A stretch of 64,000 nt of DNA. Source: Rikenellaceae bacterium (GTDB lineage Bacteria > Bacteroidota > Bacteroidia > Bacteroidales > Rikenellaceae). The stretch spans positions 45,280 through 109,279 of the forward strand of contig JAWXTN010000001.1 of the NCBI GenBank assembly GCA_044433515.1, written 5' to 3'. A program made the translations under genes and the position numbers. Below the pieces are notes generated by a model, which saw only the letters and a list, made by a program, of their open reading frames with translations, did not search any database and was not told the origin of the DNA. This document shows positions 49,452-59,217 of the stretch, in pieces (the first letter of the stretch is position 1; the number at the start of each line of letters is the position of its first letter).

Positions 49452-51893
49452 CTACAATCCTCCTGCTCCACTGCTACTCTCAGCTACGGCATCTGTATTT
49501 TCGATAGAGCGGTTTGTGCGCTTAACCGAGCCCTTCTGCTGACCAAATCTCCACGAGAGACTTAACTTAACGCTACGAGAGAGCTGACTTTGAACAAAGT
49601 TCACATCCATATAGTCATCTGAGAGACTCATACTAAACTTCGAATACTTCGCAAATGGACTTTGCACACTAAGGTTTAGATTCAAACGCTTCTCAAAGAA
49701 GCTCTGCGACACGCCCATTCCGTGAAACCAGTAGAACAGCTCATCGGTCTGAAGCGCAACCATATTCTTACCGCACCCGCCGTACATAGAGATATTACCC
49801 TCCTTCCAAGCGTTAATAGAGAACTGTCCGAAGCAGTTCATCTGCCAACCGTCATTTTGTTGCCCTGTGCCGTCATTTGCCTTTACCTTCACATATCCAC
49901 CCGAACCGTTAGCATAGATAGAGATACGGTTATCCCAGAGCCTCACACCGCCCCCAATCGAAGCGATATAGGAAATGTTCTCACCCACATTCTCAGGCTG
50001 AGAGTATAACTGATTGTCAACAACGGTTAGCACGTCCTGAATAGCATTATCTGTATAGCGAGCACTCAGTGAAGCGTTGATATTATATATAGGCTTAAAG
50101 ATACCGTAACTTAGCTCTAGGGCGTGTGAGAGTTCTGCTTCGAGGTTTGGGTTACCGCTTTTGAAAATCACTGTATTTTCCTCCACAAAGGGATTCAGTT
50201 GGCTAATACCTGGGCGACTTATACGCTGAGTATATCCGAACTTCATACTTTGGCTATCGTCTATCTTATAGCCAAGAGTCAGATATGGTATAAGATTGAA
50301 GTAGTCGTTATACATCGGGGTCGTTACCTCGCTAATAAACTCGCCATCGTTTACTGTGTACTCTGCCCTAGCCCCTGCCTTTACAGAGAAGTTATCGAGG
50401 CTGTACTGATATGCTGCATACAGTGAAGCGATTTGCTGCATATAATCCAAATCATTCTTAAGGCTCAAATCCTCAGCCCACACACCGTCAGTAAGGCTTT
50501 CGGTAAGCGAGTTACTGACACTTGGGCGAAGGGTGTATTTTAGCCCTGCTTCAATCTGGTGGTTCATTGTAATCTTGTCGAAGTAGTCTACCTGGATTGC
50601 GTGCTCCATCCCCCAAGCTTTACTATCTGCTCTACGCTCATAGCCTTCGATACCTAGTGATTCAATGGCAAATTCTCCGCTACCGCTAACACTTTGAACT
50701 GCGTCATAAGAGGCATCATTCGGATTATAATCTACCTTATAAGAGACAGTCAGAAGCCTATCGGGAGAGTTAGCGAAACTTCGCTGATAGTCTACACTAG
50801 CCCCTATACCGCCCCATCCGCTACTATTAGAACCCAGATAGCTATAATAAGCGGTATTCACTCCCATATTTGAGTATAAATCGTAGAACGACGTACCTGT
50901 ACTTCCAGTCGTCCCCAGAGTTCCACTAACCGAAAAGGTCAGAAGATTAAGCGTGTCAAATTCATAAGAAGCCTCTAGCCCTACATTTTGATAGTTTCCT
51001 CTATATTCTGAGGATGTCTCACTATTTTGGAGGTAGCTATCCTCAGAGAGTTTATTTATTGTTTCGCCACTAAAGTTTATCTCAGGGGTCACAAACTCCG
51101 AGACTGCAATATTTGCCGACAAGTTAAATTTACCTTTACTAACCGCCAGATATACCCCTGCATTCCAATCCCCAAACGAGCCATAGCCAGCATTCACCGA
51201 ACCAGAAACACCCTCTGGCCCACGCTTTACCGTTACAATATTAATAATCCCTGCGACACCTTCGGCATCATACTTTGCAGGCGGAGAGGTTATAACCTCT
51301 ATACGTTTGATAGAGCTTGCAGGCATAGAGCGCAGCACATCTTGATAGTTACTGTTCATCAGCGAGCTACTCTTTCCGTTGACTAGGATTTTAAAGCTAC
51401 TCTCGCCTCTGAGCCTTATATTATCTTCGCCATCGACCGATAGCATCGGTACTTTGCGCATCATCTCCAGAGCGGTTAGAGCAGGAGCTTCAGGGTCCAT
51501 ATCTGTATTATAGGACACTTTGTCGATATCGGATGTAATAAGCTGCCCCACGACCTGCACAGCCTCAATATCAATCGACTCACTGATATTCAAAACTCCC
51601 AAGTTCATATCTTCACTTATTTCCACATCCATAGAGAAGGGAGCATAGCCCACAAAGTTAATCTTAAGAGTGTAACTGCCCTTTAGTGCACTGATTTTGA
51701 ACCTCCCCGTTTCAGAAGTATAAGACGAGGCAACTGGAACTTCCCCCTCAGAAAGGAGCAGAACAGTAGCATAAGAAGCCGCCTCGTTTTTAGTTGTGTC
51801 AAGGGCTATACCTTTAAGGGTAAACTTTTCTGAATTCTGAGCTAGTGCCACTATAGGGAGTAGCATCAAGACAATTGCGATAATTTTTTTCAT
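49452..51893 (-). CDS. TonB-dependent receptor / outer-membrane beta-barrel protein
   Basis: Signal peptide ending ALAQ; plug RKVPMLSVD, IEVITSPPAKYDAEGVAGIINI; GNPNL; terminal LSWRFG. Confidence 0.9.
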   Translation of the reverse strand: MKKIIAIVLMLLPIVALAQNSEKFTLKGIALDTTKNEAASYATVLLLSEGEVPVASSYTSETGRFKISALKGSYTLKINFVGYAPFSMDVEISEDMNLGVLNISESIDIEAVQVVGQLITSDIDKVSYNTDMDPEAPALTALEMMRKVPMLSVDGEDNIRLRGESSFKILVNGKSSSLMNSNYQDVLRSMPASSIKRIEVITSPPAKYDAEGVAGIINIVTVKRGPEGVSGSVNAGYGSFGDWNAGVYLAVSKGKFNLSANIAVSEFVTPEINFSGETINKLSEDSYLQNSETSSEYRGNYQNVGLEASYEFDTLNLLTFSVSGTLGTTGSTGTSFYDLYSNMGVNTAYYSYLGSNSSGWGGIGASVDYQRSFANSPDRLLTVSYKVDYNPNDASYDAVQSVSGSGEFAIESLGIEGYERRADSKAWGMEHAIQVDYFDKITMNHQIEAGLKYTLRPSVSNSLTESLTDGVWAEDLSLKNDLDYMQQIASLYAAYQYSLDNFSVKAGARAEYTVNDGEFISEVTTPMYNDYFNLIPYLTLGYKIDDSQSMKFGYTQRISRPGISQLNPFVEENTVIFKSGNPNLEAELSHALELSYGIFKPIYNINASLSARYTDNAIQDVLTVVDNQLYSQPENVGENISYIASIGGGVRLWDNRISIYANGSGGYVKVKANDGTGQQNDGWQMNCFGQFSINAWKEGNISMYGGCGKNMVALQTDELFYWFHGMGVSQSFFEKRLNLNLSVQSPFAKYSKFSMSLSDDYMDVNFVQSQLSRSVKLSLSWRFGQQKGSVKRTNRSIENTDAVAESSSGAGGL

Positions 51894-52077
51894 CGTTCTG
51901 TTAGGTGTTTTAATTTCAGAGAATTTTCTATGAAATTCCCTGTCTAAAGGTATCCTAGCGAGGGGATATCTTTATGTGAGTAGGTTATAACAAAGATAAC
52001 TATCTTTGTCAAATAAAATTAATTTTATTTCAAAAAAATAAAATATAAGTCAAAAAGTCATAACTTTAGCCTCTGTT

Positions 52078-52755
52078 ATGAGAAAGCTAAAGACATCAAG
52101 AGTTCAACTCTTCAAATCTATCGCCGAGTATTTCAGCGATGCAATGCCCGCTGCACGCAGTGAGCTAAACTATACGAACCCTTTCGAACTGCTTGTAGCA
52201 GTAATCCTTTCGGCTCAGTGCACCGACAAGAGGGTCAATATCGTTACCCCTCCGCTCTTTGCTGCTATGCCAACGCCTAAGGCTATGGCTGCATCCTCTG
52301 TCGAAGAGATTTTCAGCTTTATTCGTTCAGTGTCGTTTCCTAATGCTAAGGCAGACCATCTGCATAAGATGGCTAGTGCTCTTGTAGAAAAATTCGGTAG
52401 CGAAGTTCCTCAAAACCGCAAAGACCTTGAGAGCCTCAGTGGCGTAGGACGTAAGACCGCAAGTGTAGTACTGTCGGTTGCCTTTGGGCATAGCGAGTTT
52501 GCTGTCGACACTCACGTCTTTAGAGTATCTGCTCGCATAGGGCTAAGCATTGGAGCAAAGACCCCTCTCGACACAGAGCTACAACTTGTCGAAGGATTTA
52601 AGCAGGCAGGCTACGGCTCAATGCTAGGCGATGCACATCATTGGATTATACTGCACGGAAGATATGTCTGCACCGCTCGTAAGCCTAAGTGTAACGAGTG
52701 CGGCATCACTTCTCTGTGTACGTATTATAACACTCAGCGACCTCTTCAAGGCTAA
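52078..52755 (+). CDS. nth: Endonuclease III
   Basis: LLVAVILSAQCTD, HhH LSGVGRKTA, VDTHV, C-x6-C-x2-C-x5-C cluster motif. Confidence 0.96.
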   Translation: MRKLKTSRVQLFKSIAEYFSDAMPAARSELNYTNPFELLVAVILSAQCTDKRVNIVTPPLFAAMPTPKAMAASSVEEIFSFIRSVSFPNAKADHLHKMASALVEKFGSEVPQNRKDLESLSGVGRKTASVVLSVAFGHSEFAVDTHVFRVSARIGLSIGAKTPLDTELQLVEGFKQAGYGSMLGDAHHWIILHGRYVCTARKPKCNECGITSLCTYYNTQRPLQG

Positions 52756-52901
52756 CATCGAGCTACCTTTAAAGTTGCATTACAGCAACAAAAACGGCAG
52801 ATACGTCTGTACCGCTCGTAAGCCTAAGTGTAACGAGTGCGGCATCACTTCTCTGTGTACGTATTATAACACTCAGCGACCTCTTCAAGGCTAACATCGA
52901 G
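52655..52901. repeat. 108-bp direct repeat (52655-52762 and 52794-52901)
   Basis: Three mismatches between copies; 31-bp spacer. Confidence 0.95.
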
Positions 52902-53207
52902 TGACTGCATCTGTTCAAAGAGCTGTGGCAAGAAAATTTCTCTAAACTCTCTTTTGCGCCTATCCAGAACCTTCTGCGGTGCGCCCTCTGAGACGAAGTA
53001 CCCAAGCCCCCTGCGCTGCTCTATAACAGCATAGGAACTAAGCTCGTCATACGCCCGAAGGACAGTAGCAGGATTTACCGCCAAAGTCACCCCCATCTCT
53101 CTAACCGAAGGAATACGCTCGCCCTCCTTCCACTGTCCCGATATTATATTACTGCCCATCACCTCTGCAATCTGCAAATAAATAGGCTTTTGTTCATTAA
53201 ATTTCAT
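52845..53207 (-). CDS. GntR family regulator (YtrA subfamily)
   Basis: PIYLQIA, RIPSVRE, VNPATVLRAY, RRGLGYFV; short C-terminal helix; in an ABC operon. Confidence 0.92.
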   Translation of the reverse strand: MKFNEQKPIYLQIAEVMGSNIISGQWKEGERIPSVREMGVTLAVNPATVLRAYDELSSYAVIEQRRGLGYFVSEGAPQKVLDRRKREFREIFLPQLFEQMQSLDVSLEEVAECYNTYTEK

Positions 53208-53304
53208 AGCTTCAATTCTTAAGGGAGGGCTCTAGAAACCCTCCTTTAGACTTAATAATAATTTACATCTTCTCCTTTATATCTTCACGATTATATCTTC
53301 GCCA

Positions 53305-54075
53305 TTATCTCTTCACCCCTAGGAGTTTAAACTTTCTCCAGTTCAAATATACTAGCAGCACACCGAGCACACACGCAGCCACTCTTGAATAGATAATCGT
53401 ATTTACAACAAACTTTGTAATATCATCATTCTCCATACCCTCAAAGGTATCTACAAAGAGCAAAGCTACAAGAACAGTTACAACTATCAAAATAATATTG
53501 AACAAAAAGGCAATCCAGAACTGCGAACGTCTAAATTGTAGCGCAAAGAATTGATAGAATAACTGTGCAAAAGTATATGCAACAGCCACATCCACAACAA
53601 CTGGAACACTAGAGAGCACGACTGATTTGTCGTCAACAGTAACAGTTACATACGACATATCAAAAATATCATTAACCATTATAAGCCCCCCACCTAGATT
53701 ACAACACAGCGAAAAGAGATTAAAAACAAGATAGGTCGCCACAATAAAAACTATAGGCAACAAAACGATTGTCACAAGACTTATCCCCCAGAACTTTTCA
53801 TTCGATGAGGCAGGCAACATCAAAGACCGAACCGACGAGCCGCTCTTATGAAAGACCATAAAAGAACTTGACATCAGCACATAAGTCATAACATAGCCTA
53901 TCATAACATTTCCCGACATAGCATCCACAGGGTTACTACCATTAAAAATAGCTATAACTCCTACAACAAACAGAATACCTACATATATAAGCAGCATTCT
54001 AATATAGCTGCGTTTATTTGCCCACAAATAGAGCTTCATATACTGCATAAATCTAGCAAAAGAAAACTTTTTCAT
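53305..54075 (-). CDS. Probable ABC-2-type permease
   Basis: About 6 TM segments; LMLPASSNEKF motif; lies between the ATPase and GntR genes. Confidence 0.7.
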   Translation of the reverse strand: MKKFSFARFMQYMKLYLWANKRSYIRMLLIYVGILFVVGVIAIFNGSNPVDAMSGNVMIGYVMTYVLMSSSFMVFHKSGSSVRSLMLPASSNEKFWGISLVTIVLLPIVFIVATYLVFNLFSLCCNLGGGLIMVNDIFDMSYVTVTVDDKSVVLSSVPVVVDVAVAYTFAQLFYQFFALQFRRSQFWIAFLFNIILIVVTVLVALLFVDTFEGMENDDITKFVVNTIIYSRVAACVLGVLLVYLNWRKFKLLGVKR

Positions 54076-54111
54076 CTTTGTATATCTTTTTTTTAAAGGT
54101 TCATATAAAAA

Positions 54112-54942
54112 TTACTTTTCGAAAATCTGCGCCACTCTCTCAGAAGACTGGACAACTGCATTAAAGAGAAGCTCCAAATCGAGCATCGTTTCGCCGCCCT
54201 CTGTGTTCTCTCTCACGCCCACTAGACCTTGGAGCGACTGCTGAGCAAATAGCGCACCCTCTGGGCTATCGAGTAGTTCAAAACGTAGCTTTTCGGTTAT
54301 CTCTCCGACCGAAGCATTGAGAAGAACACCCTCGTTTTCCAAAACAATAATCCTATCGAGCATTTCCTCCAAATCACGCACCTGGTGAGTGCTTATAACA
54401 ATAGTGCGCTCATCGTTCATAACTTGTGCGATAATGCGACGAAACGCCATTTTAGAAGGTATATCAAGCCCGTTTGTAGGCTCGTCCATAATAAGGAGTT
54501 TAGTTCTACACGCAACGGCAAAAGCGATATACGCCTTCTTGCGCTGACCGAAACTAATAGTATTAAGCTTTTCAGAGGCCGAGACCTCGAAAAGCCCTAA
54601 TACTTCTTCGAAGAGTTCCCACGAGAATTGAGGATAGAAGCGACCATAGAGTTCAGCGAATTTCTGAACAGAGGTACGAGGAAGCGAGAACTCCTCTGGA
54701 AGTATAAAGACAGATGAAAGAAACTCTACACTACGAGCGAAAGGCTCATAGCCCATAACCGAAATAGAGGCATTTGTAGAAGGACGAAGTAGTCCAGCCA
54801 TAAGATTAAGGAGTGTAGTCTTGCCAACTCCATTTTTGCCGAGCAGTCCGCAGATAGTGCCCTTCTCTATATTTAGAGATAAATCACTGAAGATTTTGCG
54901 ATTTTTCGAGTACGAAAAACTAAGGTTTTGTAAGTGTACCAT
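54112..54942 (-). CDS. ABC transporter ATP-binding protein
   Basis: GKNGVGKTT, ISFGQ, MDEPTNGLD, ISTH. Confidence 0.93.
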   Translation of the reverse strand: MVHLQNLSFSYSKNRKIFSDLSLNIEKGTICGLLGKNGVGKTTLLNLMAGLLRPSTNASISVMGYEPFARSVEFLSSVFILPEEFSLPRTSVQKFAELYGRFYPQFSWELFEEVLGLFEVSASEKLNTISFGQRKKAYIAFAVACRTKLLIMDEPTNGLDIPSKMAFRRIIAQVMNDERTIVISTHQVRDLEEMLDRIIVLENEGVLLNASVGEITEKLRFELLDSPEGALFAQQSLQGLVGVRENTEGGETMLDLELLFNAVVQSSERVAQIFEK

Positions 54943-54976
54943 ACTGATATTAAATTATTTGGTTTGTTATTGTTAT

Positions 54977-55009
54977 AGTGTGTTAGTGTACTAATACACT
55001 GCAAAGGTA
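54977..55009 (-). promoter_or_regulatory. YtrA-type operator palindrome next to the -7 promoter element
   Basis: AGTGTGTTAGT-GT-ACTAATACACT (54977-55000) lies immediately downstream of TACCTTTG (55002-55009, minus strand). Confidence 0.7.
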
Positions 55010-55189
55010 TGTAAAAAATTTAATTTTCCAAAAAAAATTGTACTTTTGTCGAAAATATTTTAAACTTTGGTGTCGTTTATGATTTTGTAACATACTATAA
55101 AACGTGGTATAAAGAACACTATGCTCTTAATACTTACCACATTTTGAACTGTCATAAAACATAACATACAAAAAAACAACATAACGATT

Positions 55190-56191
55190 ATGAGCGAAAC
55201 AGTTAACATCAAAGAGCTAACCGAAAGGATTCAAGCTCAGAGCGCATTTGTAGACATCCTTACAATGGAAATGGGTAAGGTTATCGTAGGGCAAAAAGGA
55301 CTTATCAATAGCCTACTCATCGGGCTTCTTTCTAGCGGACACGTCCTTTTGGAAGGCGTTCCTGGTCTAGCAAAGACCCTAGCTATTAATACACTATCGG
55401 ATGCAATCTCTGGTAAATTTTCACGAATTCAGTTCACTCCAGACCTTCTACCTGCCGACCTTACAGGTACTCTTATCTACTCTCAAAAGAGTGAAGAGTT
55501 TTCGGTAAAGAAAGGACCTATCTTCGCTAACTTTGTCCTTGCCGACGAAATTAACCGTTCTCCTGCAAAGGTGCAATCGGCACTTCTCGAAGCTATGCAA
55601 GAGCGTCAGGTGACTATCGGAGACGAAACATATCCTCTGCCTTCTCCATTCCTTGTAATGGCAACGCAGAACCCTATCGAACAAGAAGGTACATATCCAC
55701 TTCCAGAAGCACAGCTCGACCGTTTTATGCTAAAGGTCAAAATCAGCTACCCTACACGCAAGGAAGAGATGACAATCATCGAACAGAATATGAGCCAAAC
55801 TAAATTCCCTAAGGCTTCGGCAGTCCTTACACCAGAGGACATTATCAAAGCTCGCCAGGTTGTCGAGGAGGTTTATATCGACGAAAAGATTCAAAAATAT
55901 ATCGTAGATATCGTATTTGCTACTCGTGAGCCACAAGAGGTTAAAGGACTCGAAGAGATGGAGGTTATGATTGGATGCGGATGTTCTCCACGTGCATCAA
56001 TCTCTCTTGCCAAAGCGGCTAAAGCCTATGCCTTTATTAACCGCAGGGGTTATGTTATCCCAGAGGATGTTCGTGCCGTAGCCTATGACGTAATGCGCCA
56101 CCGTATCGGCGTTACATACGAAGCCGAAGCAGAGAATATAACATCTGAAGACATCATCACAAATATCCTTAACGCTGTTGAAGTGCCTTAA
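55190..56191 (+). CDS. moxR: MoxR family AAA+ ATPase
   Basis: LEGVPGLAKT, RIQFTPDLLP, LADEINR, ATQNPIEQEGTYPLPEAQLDRF. Confidence 0.95.
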   Translation: MSETVNIKELTERIQAQSAFVDILTMEMGKVIVGQKGLINSLLIGLLSSGHVLLEGVPGLAKTLAINTLSDAISGKFSRIQFTPDLLPADLTGTLIYSQKSEEFSVKKGPIFANFVLADEINRSPAKVQSALLEAMQERQVTIGDETYPLPSPFLVMATQNPIEQEGTYPLPEAQLDRFMLKVKISYPTRKEEMTIIEQNMSQTKFPKASAVLTPEDIIKARQVVEEVYIDEKIQKYIVDIVFATREPQEVKGLEEMEVMIGCGCSPRASISLAKAAKAYAFINRRGYVIPEDVRAVAYDVMRHRIGVTYEAEAENITSEDIITNILNAVEVP

Positions 56192-56252
56192 TCTATAGTT
56201 TCTCTTTTTGTCAAGAGAGTATTTTCAAACAAAAAAACAAGGTATAAAAACT

Positions 56253-57128
56253 ATGGATAACGACATATTAAAAAAGGTGAGGCGAGTCGAGATAAAGACC
56301 CGTGGACTCTCCAACGAAATATTTGCAGGTAAATACCATACCGCCTTTAAGGGGCGAGGTATGGCGTTTAGCGAAGTGCGTGAATATCGAATTGGCGACG
56401 ACGTGCGGGATATCGACTGGAATGTAACGGCACGTACCCGTTCGCCACACATTAAGATGTACGAAGAAGAGCGTGAGCTAACCCTTATGCTCCTTATCGA
56501 CGTAAGCGGCTCGGGTGTCTTCGGCACACATACAATGTACAAACGCCAACTCGCAACCGAGATAGCTGCTACACTAGCCTTCTCGGCTGCATCGAACAAC
56601 GACAAAGTAGGCGTTATTCTCTTTAGCGACAAAGTAGAGAAGTTTATCCCTCCAAAGAAGGGTAGACAACACGTCCTACGCATTATAACAGACCTCATAG
56701 ACTTCGAACCAGAGAGCAAAGGCACGGATATAGCCGCTGCCCTGAAGTTCTTTGTAGGGGTTCAGAAGAAACGCTGTACGGCATTTGTCCTTTCGGACTT
56801 TATCGACGGAGGGAAGATTACTGGTGAGGATTCACAGATTCTCTCAATCACAAGTTCAAAGCACGACCTTGTAGCACTCCGTCTATACGACAAACGAGAG
56901 TCAGAGATGCCAAACGTCGGCATTGTAGAGGTTGTAGACAGCGAAACAGGCGAGAAGAAATGGGTAGACACATCGAGCGCAAAGGTTCGTAAACGCTACG
57001 CAGGACACTACAACGCTCAGGCAATAAAAGTCGCTTCGACCCTTAGCAGCAAAAAGATTAACAACATTGCCATCGCCACAGATGACGATTACGTAATGTC
57101 GCTAATCAAGCTCTTTAAGATGAGATAG
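56253..57128 (+). CDS. DUF58 (vWA-like) protein
   Basis: FSEVREY..GDDVRDIDWNVTAR, EEERE, DVSGS; start reassigned to 56253. Confidence 0.92.
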   Translation: MDNDILKKVRRVEIKTRGLSNEIFAGKYHTAFKGRGMAFSEVREYRIGDDVRDIDWNVTARTRSPHIKMYEEERELTLMLLIDVSGSGVFGTHTMYKRQLATEIAATLAFSAASNNDKVGVILFSDKVEKFIPPKKGRQHVLRIITDLIDFEPESKGTDIAAALKFFVGVQKKRCTAFVLSDFIDGGKITGEDSQILSITSSKHDLVALRLYDKRESEMPNVGIVEVVDSETGEKKWVDTSSAKVRKRYAGHYNAQAIKVASTLSSKKINNIAIATDDDYVMSLIKLFKMR

Positions 57129-57224
57129 AGATTTTTCCCAAGAGAGGGGAGGACACTTAAAAAATGAATCTTCCTCTTAGAACTATACGAACAAAACGCA
57201 CACAAGATTTTATAAACTAGACTT

Positions 57225-58340
57225 ATGAATCCTAAGAAAATAATATTTGTAGCATTTTTACTACTCGGTACACTTGGGCTAAAGGCTCAAATGATAGAGA
57301 CTAGTGCTACAATGTCGCTTTCGAGAGACTCTATTATGATAGGCGACACACTTCGCCTGAATATAGATATCACCAAAGATATAGCCACGGAGATAGCAAT
57401 ACCTACCTTCAAGGAAAACAGGCTCACAGAATTCATCGAAATCGTTGGCGACACAAAGCTAGACACCGCAAGGGTAGACGGCAGAAAGGTAGATTTCAGA
57501 CTTCAGTATGTCATTACGTCGTTTGATGCAGGTGGATATATCCTCGACAGTTTCCCAGTACTAGTGGGCAAAGCCGTACCCTTTGACACTCTCTATGCAC
57601 GAGGGGGCGACCTACTCAATGTAGGCACTTACGAGATAGATACGACACAAGACCGCCCTTTCGACATCAAGCCGCTACTCGATGCACCGTATAGCTGGGC
57701 TGAGTTCAAGGCAGATGTTGCAGCGAATTGGCATTGGATATTAATTTTCGCCCTTGTCATTGGCGGAACAGTCTTTGGAGTGCTATGGTATCAGCGTCAC
57801 AAGAAACGCCGTGAAGAGAAGCGCAAACCGTTGCCTCCTCACATCGTTGCTATCAGCGAACTTGAACGAATACACCACGAAAAGTTATGGCAGAGCGGAA
57901 AGACGAAAGAGTACTTTAGCGACATTACAGATACGCTGCGTGTCTATATGGAGGGCAGATACAACGTTGGAGCTATGGAGATGACCAGTGCCGAGATTCT
58001 ACGCTCGCTCAAAGAACTTGAAACAGAGCAAAAGCTACAACGCACAATGAGGAATCTTTTCGAGCTTTCTGACCTAGCGAAATTCGCTAAGGCAACGCCC
58101 GATGCAGAAGATTGTGAAACCGCTTACTTCGATGCCTACTATTTTGTAGAACAGACTAAAATCGAAATTGTAGAGGAAGAGGAAGAAGGAACTCTAACAG
58201 AAGAGGATGCTCGTGTGGGTTCAACTCCCGCCCAGAGTACGACAAATACGGAGGTGGAAGCAGAAGTCTCACCAGAGGATAAAGACACTCCATACCTTCC
58301 TAAAATAGCGGAAGAAAAACAGTTAGACAAAGAAGAATAG
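57225..58340 (+). CDS. Bat-cluster membrane protein (signal peptide, periplasmic domain, TM, cytoplasmic domain)
   Basis: DSIMIGD, ITSFDAG, DIKP, TM segment, AMEMTS, SDLAKFAK; position downstream of DUF58. Confidence 0.75.
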   Translation: MNPKKIIFVAFLLLGTLGLKAQMIETSATMSLSRDSIMIGDTLRLNIDITKDIATEIAIPTFKENRLTEFIEIVGDTKLDTARVDGRKVDFRLQYVITSFDAGGYILDSFPVLVGKAVPFDTLYARGGDLLNVGTYEIDTTQDRPFDIKPLLDAPYSWAEFKADVAANWHWILIFALVIGGTVFGVLWYQRHKKRREEKRKPLPPHIVAISELERIHHEKLWQSGKTKEYFSDITDTLRVYMEGRYNVGAMEMTSAEILRSLKELETEQKLQRTMRNLFELSDLAKFAKATPDAEDCETAYFDAYYFVEQTKIEIVEEEEEGTLTEEDARVGSTPAQSTTNTEVEAEVSPEDKDTPYLPKIAEEKQLDKEE

Positions 58341-58347
58341 AGACACT

Positions 58348-59106
58348 ATGAGAATTAAGATTATATATATAGCTACAATCCTTGTATTTTCATCTCTTTC
58401 GGCATCAGCGCAGCGAGAGAATGGAAATATCCGTGAGGGCAATGATGCCTTTAAAGAAGGAAAGTTCGACAAGGCTGAGGTAGAATATCGCAGTGCCTTA
58501 CAGCAGAACAGCGAATCATACGAAGCGGTCTATAACCTTGGAGCTGCACTATTTCGCAGCGAGAGGTATGACAATGCAGCGGAGATATGGTCTGGACTTA
58601 CAGAGAAGGCTGAGAGCCTGCCTAGTGATGTGCTGTCGAATTTGTACTTTAACCTTGGAGACTCACAGTTAGCCCTTCGTCAAGCTAACCCACAGGCACT
58701 TGATGCAGCAATCGAGAGTTTCAAGGCGGCTCTACGCATAAACCCTCGTGACGACCAGGCTCGCTACAACCTAGCCTATGCACAAGCCCTTAAGAACGAC
58801 GAGGACGGCGATGGCGGTGGCGGTGGAGACAGTGATGAGAATCAGGACGAGAATCAGGACGAAAACCAAGACCAGAATCAAGACCAGAATCAAGATCAAA
58901 ATCAAGACCAAAACCAGGACAAGAACCAGGATAAAAATAAGGACGAGCAGCAAAACGAGCAGCAGCAGGGTCAGAAGCCTCAAAGTCGTGCCGATGCAGA
59001 GAAGATGGCAGATGCTATTCAGCGAGCAGAAGACAAGACCAAAGAGAAAGTCGACGAGAAGAATGCCCAAGAGGCGATAGCTGTCGGCGGAGCAAAGAAC
59101 TGGTAA
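58348..59106 (+). CDS. batC: BatC-like TPR protein with Q/D/N-rich tail
   Basis: IREGN, YNLG, FNLG, ALRINP..ARYNLAYAQ, terminal KNW. Confidence 0.85.
   Translation: MRIKIIYIATILVFSSLSASAQRENGNIREGNDAFKEGKFDKAEVEYRSALQQNSESYEAVYNLGAALFRSERYDNAAEIWSGLTEKAESLPSDVLSNLYFNLGDSQLALRQANPQALDAAIESFKAALRINPRDDQARYNLAYAQALKNDEDGDGGGGGDSDENQDENQDENQDQNQDQNQDQNQDQNQDKNQDKNKDEQQNEQQQGQKPQSRADAEKMADAIQRAEDKTKEKVDEKNAQEAIAVGGAKNW
58836..58942. repeat. 12-bp degenerate tandem repeat encoding (Q/E/K)NQD
   Basis: gaccagaatcaa and gacgagaatcag units. Confidence 0.85.
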
Positions 59107-59217
59107 AGCCAAGATTTTAAGATTAAACAAAATAGAGGAGGGGCTACGACACAAAATATAGATTTCTACGCCCTTCCCCACTACTAGAAATATCAAAAGA
59201 AGACCTTTAGATAAATT

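Noticed and set aside
52631-52894. 87-aa ORF ending in a second FeS motif
   Set aside because: Chimeric frame produced by the 108-bp duplication; no evidence of independent expression.
58771-59196. Hydrophobic poly-Leu/Ile/Val ORF and RT/KT-rich ORF
   Set aside because: Shadow frames of the BatC QDQN repeat.
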